Below, one piece after another: positions 39,921 through 53,876 of a stretch of DNA of 64,000 nucleotides. The notes beneath the pieces are model-generated. The model had not been told where the DNA came from. It worked only from the letters and a program-made list of their open reading frames with translations, and ran no database searches. Source of the stretch: Octopus vulgaris (Eukaryota); assembly GCA_951406725.2 (NCBI GenBank), contig OX597814.1, positions 127,906,001-127,970,000 on the forward strand, read 5' to 3'. Made by a program: the position numbers and the translations under genes. Positions within the stretch are counted from its first letter, which is position 1. Each line of letters opens with the position of its first letter.

Positions 39921-40033
39921 TAAAGCAGAAAAGAAAAAAAATCACAATCTGGGAATTGAAAGCACAACCTTGCAATCATAAGTGCAATGCCGTAACTACA
40001 AGGCCATACATCTCTTCTTTCTATCTATATGTG

Positions 40034-40114
<81 letters not shown>

Positions 40115-40142
40115 GCACATACACGCACATACATATACATAG

Positions 40143-41100
40143 ACATTATTAAAGAAATTTTTTATATAATTGAACAATTCATTCTGGGTAATAGAAAATA
40201 TAATAAATTTTTTTCTAGTAATAATTTTGGAGTAGGTTATTCTACCACTAATAATGTAGGTAACATTATTTCTTTTAATAAATTTAAGTTGAATAAATTT
40301 TACAAAAAGACATTTAATAATTATTCCAATAATAATAATAAAGATAACGTTGTAATCTTTATATATAAAAGTGAAGTTGTGTGTCTGTCTCCTACGATTT
40401 AGATTCCTAACTACTCCCACATTTTGCGGTGCAGTTTAACCAAAACCGGGTATCTTATAGTCGTGATTCATATCGAGCCCTTCTGGGTATTAGCGCGCGT
40501 CTACGATGAGTCTACGATTTTAAAAATAATTTACCATCATTTTTTTTTCATTTTATATAAGGGAAGTAACTCTCTAAAAATGTCTACGATGAGTCAACGA
40601 TTTAAAAAAATTTACCATAATTTTTTTTCCATTTTTAATGCATTTTTTTGCTACTTTTTGGCTATAACACTCTAAAAATGCTTATATAGTTATTTCCCTT
40701 ACAAACCCGAGCAACGCCGGGCGATACTGCTAGTTAATTGTACATGTAGAGATAAAAATAAATGTAGTTCTAATAATAAATGTAATTTGCATGATGTAGT
40801 TTATAAATGTATAGTGATTTTAATTGATGATAATAATAGGAATGATCATAACTTAAGCGCAATCTATATAGGGTCTACTTCTAATAAAATTTAACTAAGG
40901 GTGGATCAACATATGAATTCCTTTAAAAATAGATATTTAATTTAATCCCACTGGGCTTAGTAAATATATATGGGAACTTAAATCTAAATGTATTAAGTAT
41001 AATTTAAATTGAAGATAGATTGTAAGGCAAAATCTTATAGTATAGATACTAATTCTTGTTTACTATGTGCTAGTGAATTTAAGGAAATAATAAAAAATAT
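40143..41100 (+). mobile_element. Penelope-like element remnant: linker, Zn-knuckle and GIY-YIG endonuclease, interrupted by a Helitron
   Basis: KFFSSNNFGVGYSTTNNVGNIIS; CTCRDKNKCSSNNKC..DVVYKC; IYIGSTS..R..QHMNSFKN; LSKYIWELK; KAKSYS..SCLLCASE. Confidence 0.85.
40356..40733 (+). mobile_element. Non-autonomous Helitron
   Basis: 5' TC(tttatatataaaa), 3' hairpin cccgagcaacgccggg then CTAG; inserted between A and T with no TSD. Confidence 0.88.
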
Positions 41101-42770
41101 TAATATCTGATTTGTCGTTAGCTTACTTCGACCCTGCATCGAAGATTGTTGTAGCTTCAGACGCTTCGGAATACAATATAGGAGCAGTAATGCTACATAA
41201 ATATGAAGATGGTAACATAAAGGCGGTGGTTCATGCCTCATGTTCTCTGATGTCAGCAGAAAAAAATTATGGTCAGATCGAGAAAGAAGTTCTAGGGATC
41301 ATTTTTGCCGTAAAAAAAGTTCACAGATTTTTGCACGGTGGAAGTTTCTGGCGACAGATCGACCACCGACCGTTATTATCGATATTTGGGTCGAAGAAAG
41401 GAATTTCTACCTATACTGTCTATAGGTTACAATGTTGGGCGACGATATTATTAAACTACGATTTCAAGATGGAGTATATACCATCCAAGAAATTAGGCCA
41501 TGCAGACTGTCTATCAAGACTGAAAAACAAAATGCAGAGTCATTCGAAGATACTGTAATTGCTGCTTTGCGAGTGGAAAAGGAAATTAAAAATGTTCCGT
41601 GTAACGTTATTCGTGAACTGCCAGACATAAAATCAAACTCAGAAAACGATAAATTCATTATAAAAATCAAAGAAACACTGAAGGTCAAAGAGAATAAAGA
41701 TATGCACAACACAAATGTGAACTATTTCTCACTGTACGACAATGTGTTGATGCATGCACAAAGAGTCGAGGTGCCGGCCGCACTACAAAAGCGTTTATTA
41801 ACGGATTTCCGTATTGGTCACTCTGAGATTTCTAGAATGAAATCACTTATGAGAAGTTACGTATATTGGCTTACATGGGACTGTGACATTGAAGGGTCAG
41901 TAAAATTCTGTAGAGGTTGAGCTCTTGCAGCCAAGTCACCACCTGTAAAATTCCAACCGTGACCTAAAACCGACAGTCCATATCACCCAAGATCAAACGG
42001 GTAAGCGGAAAGATTCGTGGATACAGTTAAAAGAGCATTAAATAAATCAAGAAACGAGCTGGTCGATGATGCAGCATTGACACAATTCTTGAGAGTTTAT
42101 AGGATAATACCAAACCCAAACACTTTTTCAGGCAAGTAACTTGCAGAACTAATGTTTGCTTGAAAAATAAAGTAAATTTTTGATAAGCTGTTACCAGCAA
42201 GAAAAACAAATAGGGAAAACACTGAGAATACGACAGTGAGAAGGTGTTTTTCAAAATATATAACAATGGAAGAGATGGTTGAGAAGACGGAGTAGTAACA
42301 AGAAGAATAGGCAAAATGACGTATATGGTTAGGCGAAAAATGAGAACACAAAAGACATCTAAATCAGCTAAAAAATAGATATACAGAAAAAAAGAAAAGA
42401 GATACCCATGGAAGTGTTCTATGACACCTTTGATGTTCCACCACCACAAGAAGTCGAACATAGGCGTAGCAGCACAAGAAAGAGGAAACAAATTGAACGG
42501 TTGGAAGTAGTGTCTATACGGAAGAAATATTAAACTTCCCTAGGAAGAAAATCTCAAAAAGGGAGATGTGGTGATAGAAAAAAAAAATGATAATATTAAC
42601 TTCCAACGGAAGTCAATCTCAAAAGGGGAAGATGTTGTGGCGAGAATCATTGACACCCCTGTGAGATTGGAAAAATGGATTAGCCAAACTCTTATAAAAA
42701 GTAGTGTATTGGTCGAGACGAGGAGAAGTCGTAGGAGTTGTTGAGAGTTCATGGAAGTCGTTGAGATCAT
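41100..42770 (+). mobile_element. Second Ty3/Gypsy fragment (RNase H, partial integrase, start of 3' LTR)
   Basis: ASDASEYNIGAV, NYGQIEKE, DHRPLL, RMKSLMRSYVYW, YHPRSNG; purine tract aaaggggaaga then TGTTGTG at ~42633. Confidence 0.9.
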
Positions 42771-42780
42771 TATATATATA

Positions 42781-42960
42781 GTTGTAATTTACAGAAAAAC
42801 AAAAGACGAAGACATGTGTACGAACAACAAGCAGGTGTATTAGTTTGACGTTCGGGAAAGTGAGAAAGTCTTTTATGTTTCAAGCCTATGCTCTTCAACA
42901 GAAAGGAATAAGAAAAAAATAAACAGAGAGAATAAAAAAAATTGTGGGTTTAGCGATCAA
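42781..42960 (-). mobile_element. Hammerhead-like short element, family B
   Basis: Minus strand cttt-CTGTTGA-A-gagc atag gctt-GAAA-ca-TA-aaag; 3' end joins (TA)n. Confidence 0.7.
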
Positions 42961-43785
42961 GCATATATGTATGTATATACATATATATATATGCATGTGT
43001 GTGTGTATGTATATATGTGTGTGTGTGTATATATATATATATGTGTGTATGTGTAGATAAAAGGAAAAATATCTTAAAAGAAATATTCAACATCTGTTCA
43101 ATGTTAGACCAAATGCATGACTTTTACAGCAAAAAAAAAAAAAACGCTATATAAAACACATTTTTACATCAAGTGAAAAACGAGACTTAATTTACAGAAA
43201 GCAAGACAATGTGGACTAGATTGCCTCATGTCAAACTACATGCTCCCTTCAGTTGCACAGACTCTTGAAGAAATAATATGACAGGCGTTTTTTTTTTTTT
43301 TTGCTTTCAACAAGTCAAAGCTGTACCTCCCATCACTGTGCAAGTCGAAGGATGTGCATATCAGATGTAACCCAATAGGTTAACAGAGACAAGAGTTCTA
43401 TGATGGTCTGATTTTCTGCAAGCTGTGTTGCCTATCATTTAATAGTACTTTATATACACATGCATGTATATGTTTGCACACACATGCACACAAATACATA
43501 ATTATATCCGTATTTAGTTCATAGATGAAAATCAGATAATCTCTGTATAGAAGACACTTAGCAGTGCTCAAGATATCTAAACTTGAGCAGGTATAAAAGT
43601 AAATGCAGGGATATGCAAGTTAGACGGATTAATATATAAAATATGTCAGATACATGAAATGGAAAGAATGTATATATGTATACATACAAAAAGGTCCGAC
43701 TTACATAGAATGCAAAATGACAAAGAGAATTGAAGGAGTTGAAGAAAAGTATTATATTAGATATATAAGTATGTGAGCGCACACA

Positions 43786-43834
<49 letters not shown>

Positions 43835-43887
43835 ACACACAAACACACACACATACAAACACACACATATGCATGTATGTATGTATG

Positions 43888-43923
<36 letters not shown>

Positions 43924-44008
43924 TGTATGTATGTTTGTATGTGTATGTATGATGTATACATATATATATATATACATATGTGTATGTATGTATATATATA
44001 TACATATG

Positions 44009-44098
<90 letters not shown>

Positions 44099-44102
<4 letters not shown>

Positions 44103-44480
44103 GAGTGGTGAATAAATTGTCATCTAAATTACGCAAAAATGAAAATAACACTGACATCTCATTTTAACAGATATATTTACCAAAATTACATAATATCTTG
44201 AAATACTAAGGAGTAAATTTATTCAATAAAATCGCCATTGGCTCCAAACACGATCTCCAGACGATTTCTGAATCTCCTGCAACTCTTTTGGATGGTCTCC
44301 TTGTTTGAGTTGGTGAATGCAGCCATAATCCTTGCCTTCAGTTCATCTTTGGTGTTACAAGAAGTTTTGCTCAACTATGCACCACAAGGGGGTTGCAGTC
44401 TGGGGAGTTTGGTGGCCAGATGTTAGGGGCGATGTGGTCGCAGAAATTGTCTGGCAGCCATGACTGGGTTGTCCTGCTTT
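44099..44480 (-). mobile_element. Tc1/mariner (maT/DD37D-like) 3' fragment
   Basis: TQSWLPDNFCDHIAPNIWPPNSPDCNPL..NTKDELKARI..CRRFRNRLE. Confidence 0.8.
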
Positions 44481-44504
44481 TAACTTTCTTGCCCACTTCC
44501 AACA

Positions 44505-44962
44505 GTGTTTTTTCAGTCATTGGACTGTGGCCATGATGGTGCATCACCTTGAAGGGTTTATTCAAGCAAATCAACCCCCAGTATTTATTTTTTTAAAGTC
44601 TGGTACCTATACCATTGGTTTCTTTTGCCGACCTGCTAAGTTATGGTGACATAAACCAACCAACACCAGTTGTCAAGTGGTGATAGGGTACAAACACAAA
44701 GATACACGCATGTAAGATATATACATATGCACACACACATGTACAAACACTCACATGTATACATACATACATACGTACATACATATATATATATATATAT
44801 GATAGGGTTTTTCTGTTTCTGTCTACCAAATCAAATCCACTCACAAGGCTTTGGTTGGTCGAGAGTTATAGGAGAAGACACTTATCTAACATGTCACACA
44901 GTGGGACTGAACCTAGAACCATATATTTGAGAAGTATGCTCCTCACCACATAGCCATGCCCA
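44505..44962 (-). mobile_element. CORE-like SINE
   Basis: Reverse-complement similarity to 12702-13200. Confidence 0.85.
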
Positions 44963-45949
44963 TGTATATATAGATACATGTGTAAGTGCATGTCTCTGTC
45001 TGTGTATATATATTTATGCTTATGTGTATGTCTGTATAAATTTTTAAGCCTTCAGCATAGTCTCTGCCCTACAATTCTTTAAGTCTCAAACATGTTAACA
45101 GTTAACAGTTATTTATGAAGAAGCAGTATTGTTTAAAATCCCCATAAAAGCTATAAATTTGAAGAAATATAACACCTGCTGTTTGCCATGTCTTTTAAAA
45201 CTTCTACTTCCTTTCTCCAGAAGGTTTATTTTTTTTTAAATGTTTTCACTTGAGAATCTTGTGAAATCCTGTTAAACTCAGATAGTGTTTCATAGACCCA
45301 CCCAATTCCAAGATTTTGGCCAAACAAACAACTGTAATCCTTTCTGCTTAACTTTTGTATAAATAATTACACAATATCACTGATATTCTTATAACTATAA
45401 ATCTGTAAATGTACTTATATGTGAGTGTAAGCTTTGTATATCTATGTTACTATATATGTACATGTACTGTATGTATGTGTGTGTGTGTGTGTGTGTGTAT
45501 GTGTGTGTGTGTGTGTACTTATGTATGCTTGTATGTACATATAACGTATAAATGTTTGCATGTGCTGCGTATATAAGATCAGTATATATGGTACAGTTTA
45601 TATGTAGGGACCTATGGATATACAGCATATGTATAACATACATATGCTCTTGTATATGTAGAATATATATGCAATGTAAAGCTCAGCATGTAACCAGAGT
45701 TCAGGCTCAATTGTAGGTCCTGCACTTCATTTCTATATCCAATGTGGTATGATGTGGGACATCAACTCAGGAGGATAAGCTGCAGTGCGGAATATGAGCC
45801 ACAAAATGTGTGGTATTTTATGTTTTATAAAACATACATGTGCTTGAGGAAATTACTTCCAGGATTACATAAATTATATAAGTGTTTGTTGAAACATTAT
45901 ATAATCTTGTTAACTACATCCTTAGTGTTTAGCAACAAATACAAGAAGT

Positions 45950-46120
45950 GATGTTGTTGATGTATGCTGCATACAAAAGGTAAGATGGAGAAGAGCTTCA
46001 GCTAGGGTCCTCACAGGCAAGGCACATAGATATAAAGTCTTCTGCCAAGGTAACATGGATGGAGTAGGGGGTGTAGGCATACTCCTTGCAGAGAAATGGA
46101 TGGATAATGTCATAGAGGTT
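45950..46120 (+). mobile_element. RTE LINE AP-endonuclease fragment
   Basis: VDVCCIQKVRWRRASARVLTG...GVGGVGILLAEKW. Confidence 0.8.
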
Positions 46121-46295
46121 TTATTTGTTTATTTGCATCACTATCTCCATATCTACTCACTTGAATTCCTCTTATAACCACGCTTTACTCTGCAGACTTA
46201 GTCCTTGGCAAAGATTTCAGAGTGTAAGTTCAAATCATTGGAGTACTGCTGTTTCCTATATTGAACATCTCTGGATCTCATCTGTTGAATCTCTC

Positions 46296-46337
<42 letters not shown>

Positions 46338-46349
46338 TTACACACACAC

Positions 46350-46464
<115 letters not shown>

Positions 46465-46919
46465 TGTATGTATGTATGTATGTATGTATGTATGTATGTA
46501 TGCATGCATGCATGTATGTATGTATGTATGTATGTATGTAGGTATATGACAAGGAACTGAGAGTTGTGATGATATGTTGTACTTGAGAAGACACATCAAG
46601 CTAAGTAAAATCATGGTCGTCCATCCATACAGGAATGTCCTTTATAGGTGTTGAAGCCATATAAAAAAATACACTTGCGCTGGTGCTGCCAGTGGTACAT
46701 GAAAAGCACATGAAAAGCATCAACACCTATGCCAGTGGCACATGAAAAGCACACAGCTCACTCTGTAAAGCGGTTGGCATTCAGAAAGACATCCAGCCAT
46801 AGAAATCATGTCAAAACAGACAACTAGAGTCTGGACAGCTCCCCAGTTGACCAGCTTTTGTTAAACCATCCAACCCATGTCAGCCTGGAAAATGCACATC
46901 TATATCTATCTATCTATCA

Positions 46920-46989
<70 letters not shown>

Positions 46990-47002
46990 ATATATGTATG
47001 TG

Positions 47003-47057
<55 letters not shown>

Positions 47058-47071
47058 GTATATATAAATAC

Positions 47072-47103
<32 letters not shown>

Positions 47104-47164
47104 GTATATATAAATACATATACATATATCATCTTCATCATCCTTTAATGTTGTTTTCAATGCT

Positions 47165-47570
47165 GGCAAAAGTTCTTGAATAGTACATAGAATATGCACA
47201 GTGGACTTTGTTGTAAAAAAGAAAATAAATAAATAAACAAATAGAGGTGGCGGGCTTCAGGTGTACTGTTGGTGAATTTCAGGAAACATGGAAGCTTTGA
47301 AGGATGTAGTGTCTCAACAGCTAACATCTGACACAAGCAGTTTATTCTATGCTTCAGTAATTTTGAGCATGAAAAAATGTTTCCAAAAATCATGGGTGCT
47401 GTATTGTATTTTGATTTTGTAAGTATGTCCATGTGTGTTAGACATGAAATTTAAAAAGCTTCCCAAGGTGGATATTCTTGTGGGTGTCTACCAAGTTGTC
47501 AAATGTCAGAGCTTTAATAATGTGTCCATGCCCAGGGAAGCAAGACATACAAAGTATGATAGGTGCCTGG
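47165..47570 (-). mobile_element. CR1 LINE 3' fragment
   Basis: Homologous to 23150-23655. Confidence 0.8.
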
Positions 47571-49439
47571 TGATGGAATTGAACCCAAGACCACACGGCT
47601 GGGAAGCAAACTTTTTAACCACATAGCCATTCCTGTTTTCTAATTAATTCCTTGTAGAATTTAATCAATGTGCGCTTTGTTTACTGGGTAGGCCCATGTG
47701 TTGACTAGCTTCCTTACCAGTTCATCCGTTTTTAAGAGCAAGAAAATGTAGAAAATAAAATCTACGACTTACGACTGGTTGAAATCGTGTTATATGTATT
47801 ACAGTGATTTAATCCTGTTTTTTCAGGCCACTCTTTTTGTTTTTGCTTTTTACTGCTAGCTTTAGTGAAATACATACATAAATACATATACATACATATG
47901 CATGCACACACACACACACACGGATAGACACAGGCACTTTTACGTATGTAATATATATGGACATAAATACTTCTAGCCTTCACTACACATACATGCATAC
48001 TTTGTATATCTTTCTCTCCCTCACACGCACGTTTGTAAACAACTCAGGCATAAGTGTACATACACAGGCAATACATCCAATCAAATTTATTTATTCATGT
48101 TTGGCCAAGAATTTTTTCAACTATTTATTTCAATTTTGTTTTCCCCATTTGTTTATTTAATGGTTTTTTTAACATCTCTGTTTGGAATCTGGCTGATAAA
48201 AACGACATCCTTTCACTACTTGTGAGAAATTGATTTGATTGGTCTTTTGGAGTGTTGCACATTTAAAAATTAAATTAACAATCACCACCATCTAACCTTA
48301 AGTCTCTCCCACCTCAATATCAGCCACCTGTCACCAAAACCACCACCATTGTCACTGAGACTGCCAACACCACCATCACTACCACCACCAACCACCAACC
48401 ACCCCACTACCTCCCTTGCCAACATCACTTCTACTGCTACCAGTTAAAGATCTCGATGGCAGCCACAAAATGCATGTTATTTTACTTAGAATTTAGAATC
48501 TTGTTTATTTCCTTTCCTTGTTGTTATTTCTAACTTTTCACTCTGTTTAGGTTCAAGGGTGACACACAGCCCTTCCATTCCCCTACTTCTACCTCCCACA
48601 ACACACACTTGTACATACATATACATCTAGGAATAAACTTGCATCAACACTAAACATAATGTTTTGTTGTGTATTCTCACCAAATGCTACCAAAATAAGA
48701 ACTGACTCTTATAATGAAATCCTTAACTGGGATGGGTGATTGGCACAATCATTATTAGAGTGTTGAATACATTCTGATGGATTTTAATGCTCTGAGTTTA
48801 AGTTCTACAAAAGTCAGCTTTGCTTTTCCTCCCTCAGGGGTTGTTAAAATAAAGTACCAATTAAGTACCAGAATCAATTTAATCATAATGTGAATGGTGT
48901 GAAAGCACCATGGATATGTGCACGTTTGTGTGTGCATACACACACACACACACATATGTAAACAGAGTTAGTGGTTATAGTAACCGACTAAGAGATAAAA
49001 TATCTGTATATACTATCGGTATCCGTTACCTGTAATACCCTGGGCAATGATGTGCAGGCACACCATACACATAGAGTGCAGATAATAGGATAAACAAGAG
49101 TTTATCAGGAACAATTAGAAAATAGAGAAAACCACAGATTAACCGACACACTGATTGGACCACATTTATAGCTTATTTTTTAATACAACACATGACATAA
49201 CAAAATATGTGACCTAAAATATTTTACAGCCATTACTGATCGGATTGCCAGAATGTAGTCTATATATAAATGTAGAGTGCATTGCATTACATAAATATAT
49301 TTCAAATATTTAAAAATACAAATAATGGAAATATTACAAAAATGCAACAAACAAAAAATTCGGAGCTTATTCCTCATCAGACAATGTCCAACAGACCATT
49401 ACAATTTCCCGTCTGTAGAAGGTGGCAGGTTGTGTATGG

Positions 49440-50468
49440 AGCCAAGACTTTACCTTGGAAATAAATTCATCATCATCTGAAAAGTGCTTCTTCTTCAAAT
49501 AAGACTTCATGGTTGGAAAGAGGTGGAAGTCAGATGGTGTGATGTCAGGAGAGCAAGGGGGATGAGGAAGGATTTCATAGCTGCAGGAGTGTGCTTATAT
49601 CTGGGCAACATGCACATTGTGAACTGGGTAGGCAAACTCCTTTGGTCAGCATGCTATGCCTCTCTTTGCTTTGGTGGCATCCTGCAATTTCAGCAGCAGA
49701 GGAACATAATATGGTCTGTTAACTGTGGTGCCCTTTGCCAGAAAATCCATCATCACTAATCCGTGTGGTCCCAAAAGACTGTGAGCATCACCTTGCTTGC
49801 TGAGGATTTCTTTGGAGGTAGTGAGTTATCAAGCTTCCATTGCTTTGACTGGACTTTAGTCTCAGAATCATAGTGGTGGACCCATGTTTCATACTGTGTG
49901 GTAAGTCCGCCGAAAGAGTCCTCCTTGTTTTCTTGGCATATTGCCAAAAGGGCCTGGGAACAATCAACTTGTTCCTGCTTCTGAAAAGGTGTGAGCATCC
50001 GGGGAATCCATCGTGCAGACAACATCCGCTTATGCAAATGGTTGTGAGTGACTTTTTTCTCAGACCCTTCACTTATTTTCAGTTCTTCGACTAGTTGCCG
50101 AATAGTTATGCGGCGATCCTCCAAAATGACAGCTTCCACTTTATGGATGTGTCGTCATCAATGACAGAATGTGGTTGTTCAGGAATAGGAGCAGTTTCCA
50201 CAGATGTCTGACTACATTTGAACTGGCGATGCCTGTGCTTCTTTTGGTGCATGACCTTTCAAGTATAAGAACCTGATCACTGTTCTACATTCAACTGCCT
50301 CCATTATAACACCTTAGTTGACTTGAGCAGCCGTAAAAGACAAACGAATACTAGTGGAAAGTTGCAACTTACAATGTGACATATAGAGACATGCCTCATT
50401 ATACCTGTACAAGCTCCGTTTCCTGCAATAAACAGAAGTGGGTCAGGGGAAATCTTTAACACCCCTCG
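49440..50468 (-). mobile_element. mariner (DD34D) transposon remnant
   Basis: EDRRITIRQL, SARWIPRMLT, ETWVHHYDSETKVQSKQW, KVMLTVFWD, SPDITPSDFHLF; terminus ...acccctcg-TA. Confidence 0.9.
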
Positions 50469-51557
50469 TAGACTTACTCTTTACATAACTCCATTTCCCT
50501 TCCTTTTCTCTCAATAACTTCTGTTATTAATCCCTTCCTTTCCTGCCATACCCATTTAATCTTCTCTTCTACCCATTCCTTATCCCTCTGTCTAGAATCA
50601 TCATCCACTCTGTATTCTGTTCTCTCTTAGTTATGGCAGTGGCGGCGGCGGTGGTAGTGGTGGTGGTGGGGCATTAGGGGCATTAGGCGCTTAGTGTTTA
50701 AGTTACAAGGTGTTCTTCACTAATGCTTGTGTCATGAAAAAGTGAACAGAACACTCTTTAAAGATGTTGGCATTAGGAAGAAGGGGATCCAGCTATAGAA
50801 GCCATGCCAAAGTAGATACTGAAGCATGATGCTGTCCTTCAACTTGACAGATTTTGCTGTTGATGTTGCATTCATTGTGAGTCATTATCCTGTTTGCGAG
50901 GTCAAGTCATAGTGGTAGGGTGATATGGCTGTTGTGAATGTTGTTAACGTTGGTATGGTTGGTATGGCATCACTGACTCTCGTTGTATCAATGATGACGT
51001 CAAGAATTACATCAAGAGGAAATTGATGTCCTGATAATGATAAAGAATATAACAGTAATACTTGCTTTCATAGTTACAAGCCCTGTAATTTAGAGAACGG
51101 AAATAGTTGACTACATCAATCTCAGTAGAGACTGGTATTTTTATTTTATCAACATTGGAAGAGTGAACGGCTAAGTTGACCAAAGATCAGAACATAGACA
51201 CAGACACGGCTGTGGGATTGAGAAGCTTGCTTGCTATCCAGGTGATCATACATTCAGTCCCACTGTGTGACAACTTGGGCAAGTGTCTTCTACAATAGCC
51301 TCAGGCTGACCAAAGCCTTGTGAGTGGATTTGGTAGATGGAAACTGAAAGAAGCCCATATAAAGATATGGCAACAGTCCGGATACTTATTGATCACACCT
51401 AGTTGTATGTATGTTTTATATATATATTGTATTATACTATATCACATATATATAGAGAGAGCAATAAGAAAATGGAGGGGAACAATAGGTGGTTCATTGG
51501 ATATTATCCCTTTGTTGGTTGGATTCACAACCTCTAGCTTTCTTTGAATATATATAT

Positions 51558-52120
51558 ATAATCAGTATACGACTTAATTTATTAAACTAAGTTTAACAAA
51601 TCAATTCATGTTTATGAAATGAAGGAGATTGGCAGTTAAAATGAATTATAATTTTGTAATTCATTTTTCATTTTCCTATACAATAGATCCAGATATTCAT
51701 AAATATAACATCTTAATTGGCAAACTTGTACTCCTCAGTAGGTAATATTTTAAGGAAAAATAAAGATGTTTAAAGTATATAGGTTTTTTTTCTTAGTTAT
51801 CATTTTAGATAATTTATATATTCGTTCTTTCAGTCATGCTTATTTGAATCTAGACTAAAAAAATAAATAGGTTGTGGGTACTGGTATATCATATATTTAA
51901 TTTGACTTTTCTCCCCGTGAAATCAAACTAAATATAAAATATACTAGCACCCACATACTATTTATTTTTTTTAGTCTACATTTAAATAAGATTCAAATAT
52001 AGGAATATGAAAAAAAAATAACAACACTATAATCCATTTTAACATCCAATCTCCTTCATTTCATAAATGTGAATAAATTTGTTGAACTCTATTTGATAAG
52101 TTGAGTCATACACTGATTAT
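51558..52120. repeat. Nested inverted repeats next to (TA)n
   Basis: Outer arms ~51558-51680 and 51999-52120; inner palindrome 51839-51990. Confidence 0.85.
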
Positions 52121-52221
52121 TTCAATACAATGCCAATTTTTAAAAAATTGGAAGTAACGTATGAAGACATTAGAAATCTAAGGAAAAATTTCCAATTAAA
52201 GGACGAACATACATTCATCTG

Positions 52222-52304
<83 letters not shown>

Positions 52305-52359
52305 ATCTATGTACATATACATATACATATATAAATACATATATATACATACATATATG

Positions 52360-52398
<39 letters not shown>

Positions 52399-52498
52399 TT
52401 ATATGTATTTATATATATATATATATATGTATTTATATATATATGTATTTATATATATATATATATATATATACATATATATGCATACATATATGTAT

Positions 52499-52535
<37 letters not shown>

Positions 52536-52600
52536 TATACATATATAGATACATATATATACATACATATATGTATTTATATATATATATGTATATATAT

Positions 52601-52727
52601 TCCGACGAAGAGCTCCGCTCGAAACGTCATACCCTCCTTCTTCCATTTTCCTGAGCACCTAATAATAATAATACTGTAATTGTTCCACGTGTTGTTGTTT
52701 TTTCTGTTTTCCCGTTTGGATTAACCT
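52601..52727 (+). mobile_element. Hammerhead-like short element family A, 5'-truncated at the motif
   Basis: CCGACGA-A-gagc tcc gctc-GAAA-cg-TC-atac; (TA)n on both sides. Confidence 0.8.
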
Positions 52728-53202
52728 TATATATATATATATATATATATATGCGTGTGTGTGTGTATGTATATGTGTATGTGTATGTATTTATATATGT
52801 ATGAGTGTGTGTTTTCATGCTTGTGTTGTATTTGGTTTAGGTAGGAGGAACTGAAGTATGATTTTTATGCCCAGGTGCTCTTCCTGTCGCCAACCTTTGC
52901 CTGTTTTCCAACTAAAGGATTTCTTCTCATTCTTGAAGAATTTGAAAGCACACAGAGTCAGTCAATGATTAATTGAGAGGAAAATATCAACAAATGGTAC
53001 TGGTTGCTGCCCAAGCATAAGTAATGACATCATTGTTAACAGCTGAGCCGTGACAGTGATGTCATCATTTGCTTCCATACTTCAGCTTAGCTTTGTTAAC
53101 ATCCACATACACATACACACACACACACTCACATGCACATACACGCATACACACACATGCACACACACACACACACACAAACTCACACACACACATGCAC
53201 GT

Positions 53203-53243
<41 letters not shown>

Positions 53244-53876
53244 CACACATGAACACACGTGCATGCTCACACATAAACACATGCACACACACACATTTTA
53301 TAGATCTCTGCTTGACGAACTGCTAACTTTGAGACATAGTAGGGCACAGTACTCAATTTAACAACAAATGTAAACACTCACACACACACACACACACACG
53401 CACACACATTAGATGCAAGAATGACTGTGTGGCTGAGGAGTTTGCTTCGCAACCACATGGCTCCATGTTCAGTTCCTCTGCATGGTACCTTGGGCAAGTG
53501 TTTTCTACTATAGCCCTAGGCCAACCACAGACTTATGACTGAATTTGGTAGATGGAAACTGCAGCGTTGTTCATCAGAAAATGACTGAAAAACATGTTTA
53601 TAAAGAAGAGTTGTTTGCTTCATACTCCTTGTGTGCCGATTCTGCCCATAAAGAAACGAATAATACAATGTAACTGTATACAATGAATAATACAACGAAT
53701 AATACAATGTAACAATAACGTGGCAATGCTAGGATACATTGCTAGTTTATATGTACATACATATATATATAAACAAAATCGAACCCATATACTCAGAGTT
53801 TGTGTGTTGTTTGTTTGTGGGTTGGCTTCATTTTAGGTGTAAGAGAAAATGTCCATAATAAATTTATATATATCTA

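Noticed and set aside
41005-41015. In-frame TGA in the Penelope endonuclease as possible selenocysteine
   Set aside because: It falls where Trp (TGG) is expected and lies among other stops and frameshifts
50986-51042. ATGATGA...CTGA, a possible C/D-box snoRNA
   Set aside because: Only ~45 nt between the boxes, weak terminal stem and no recognisable guide
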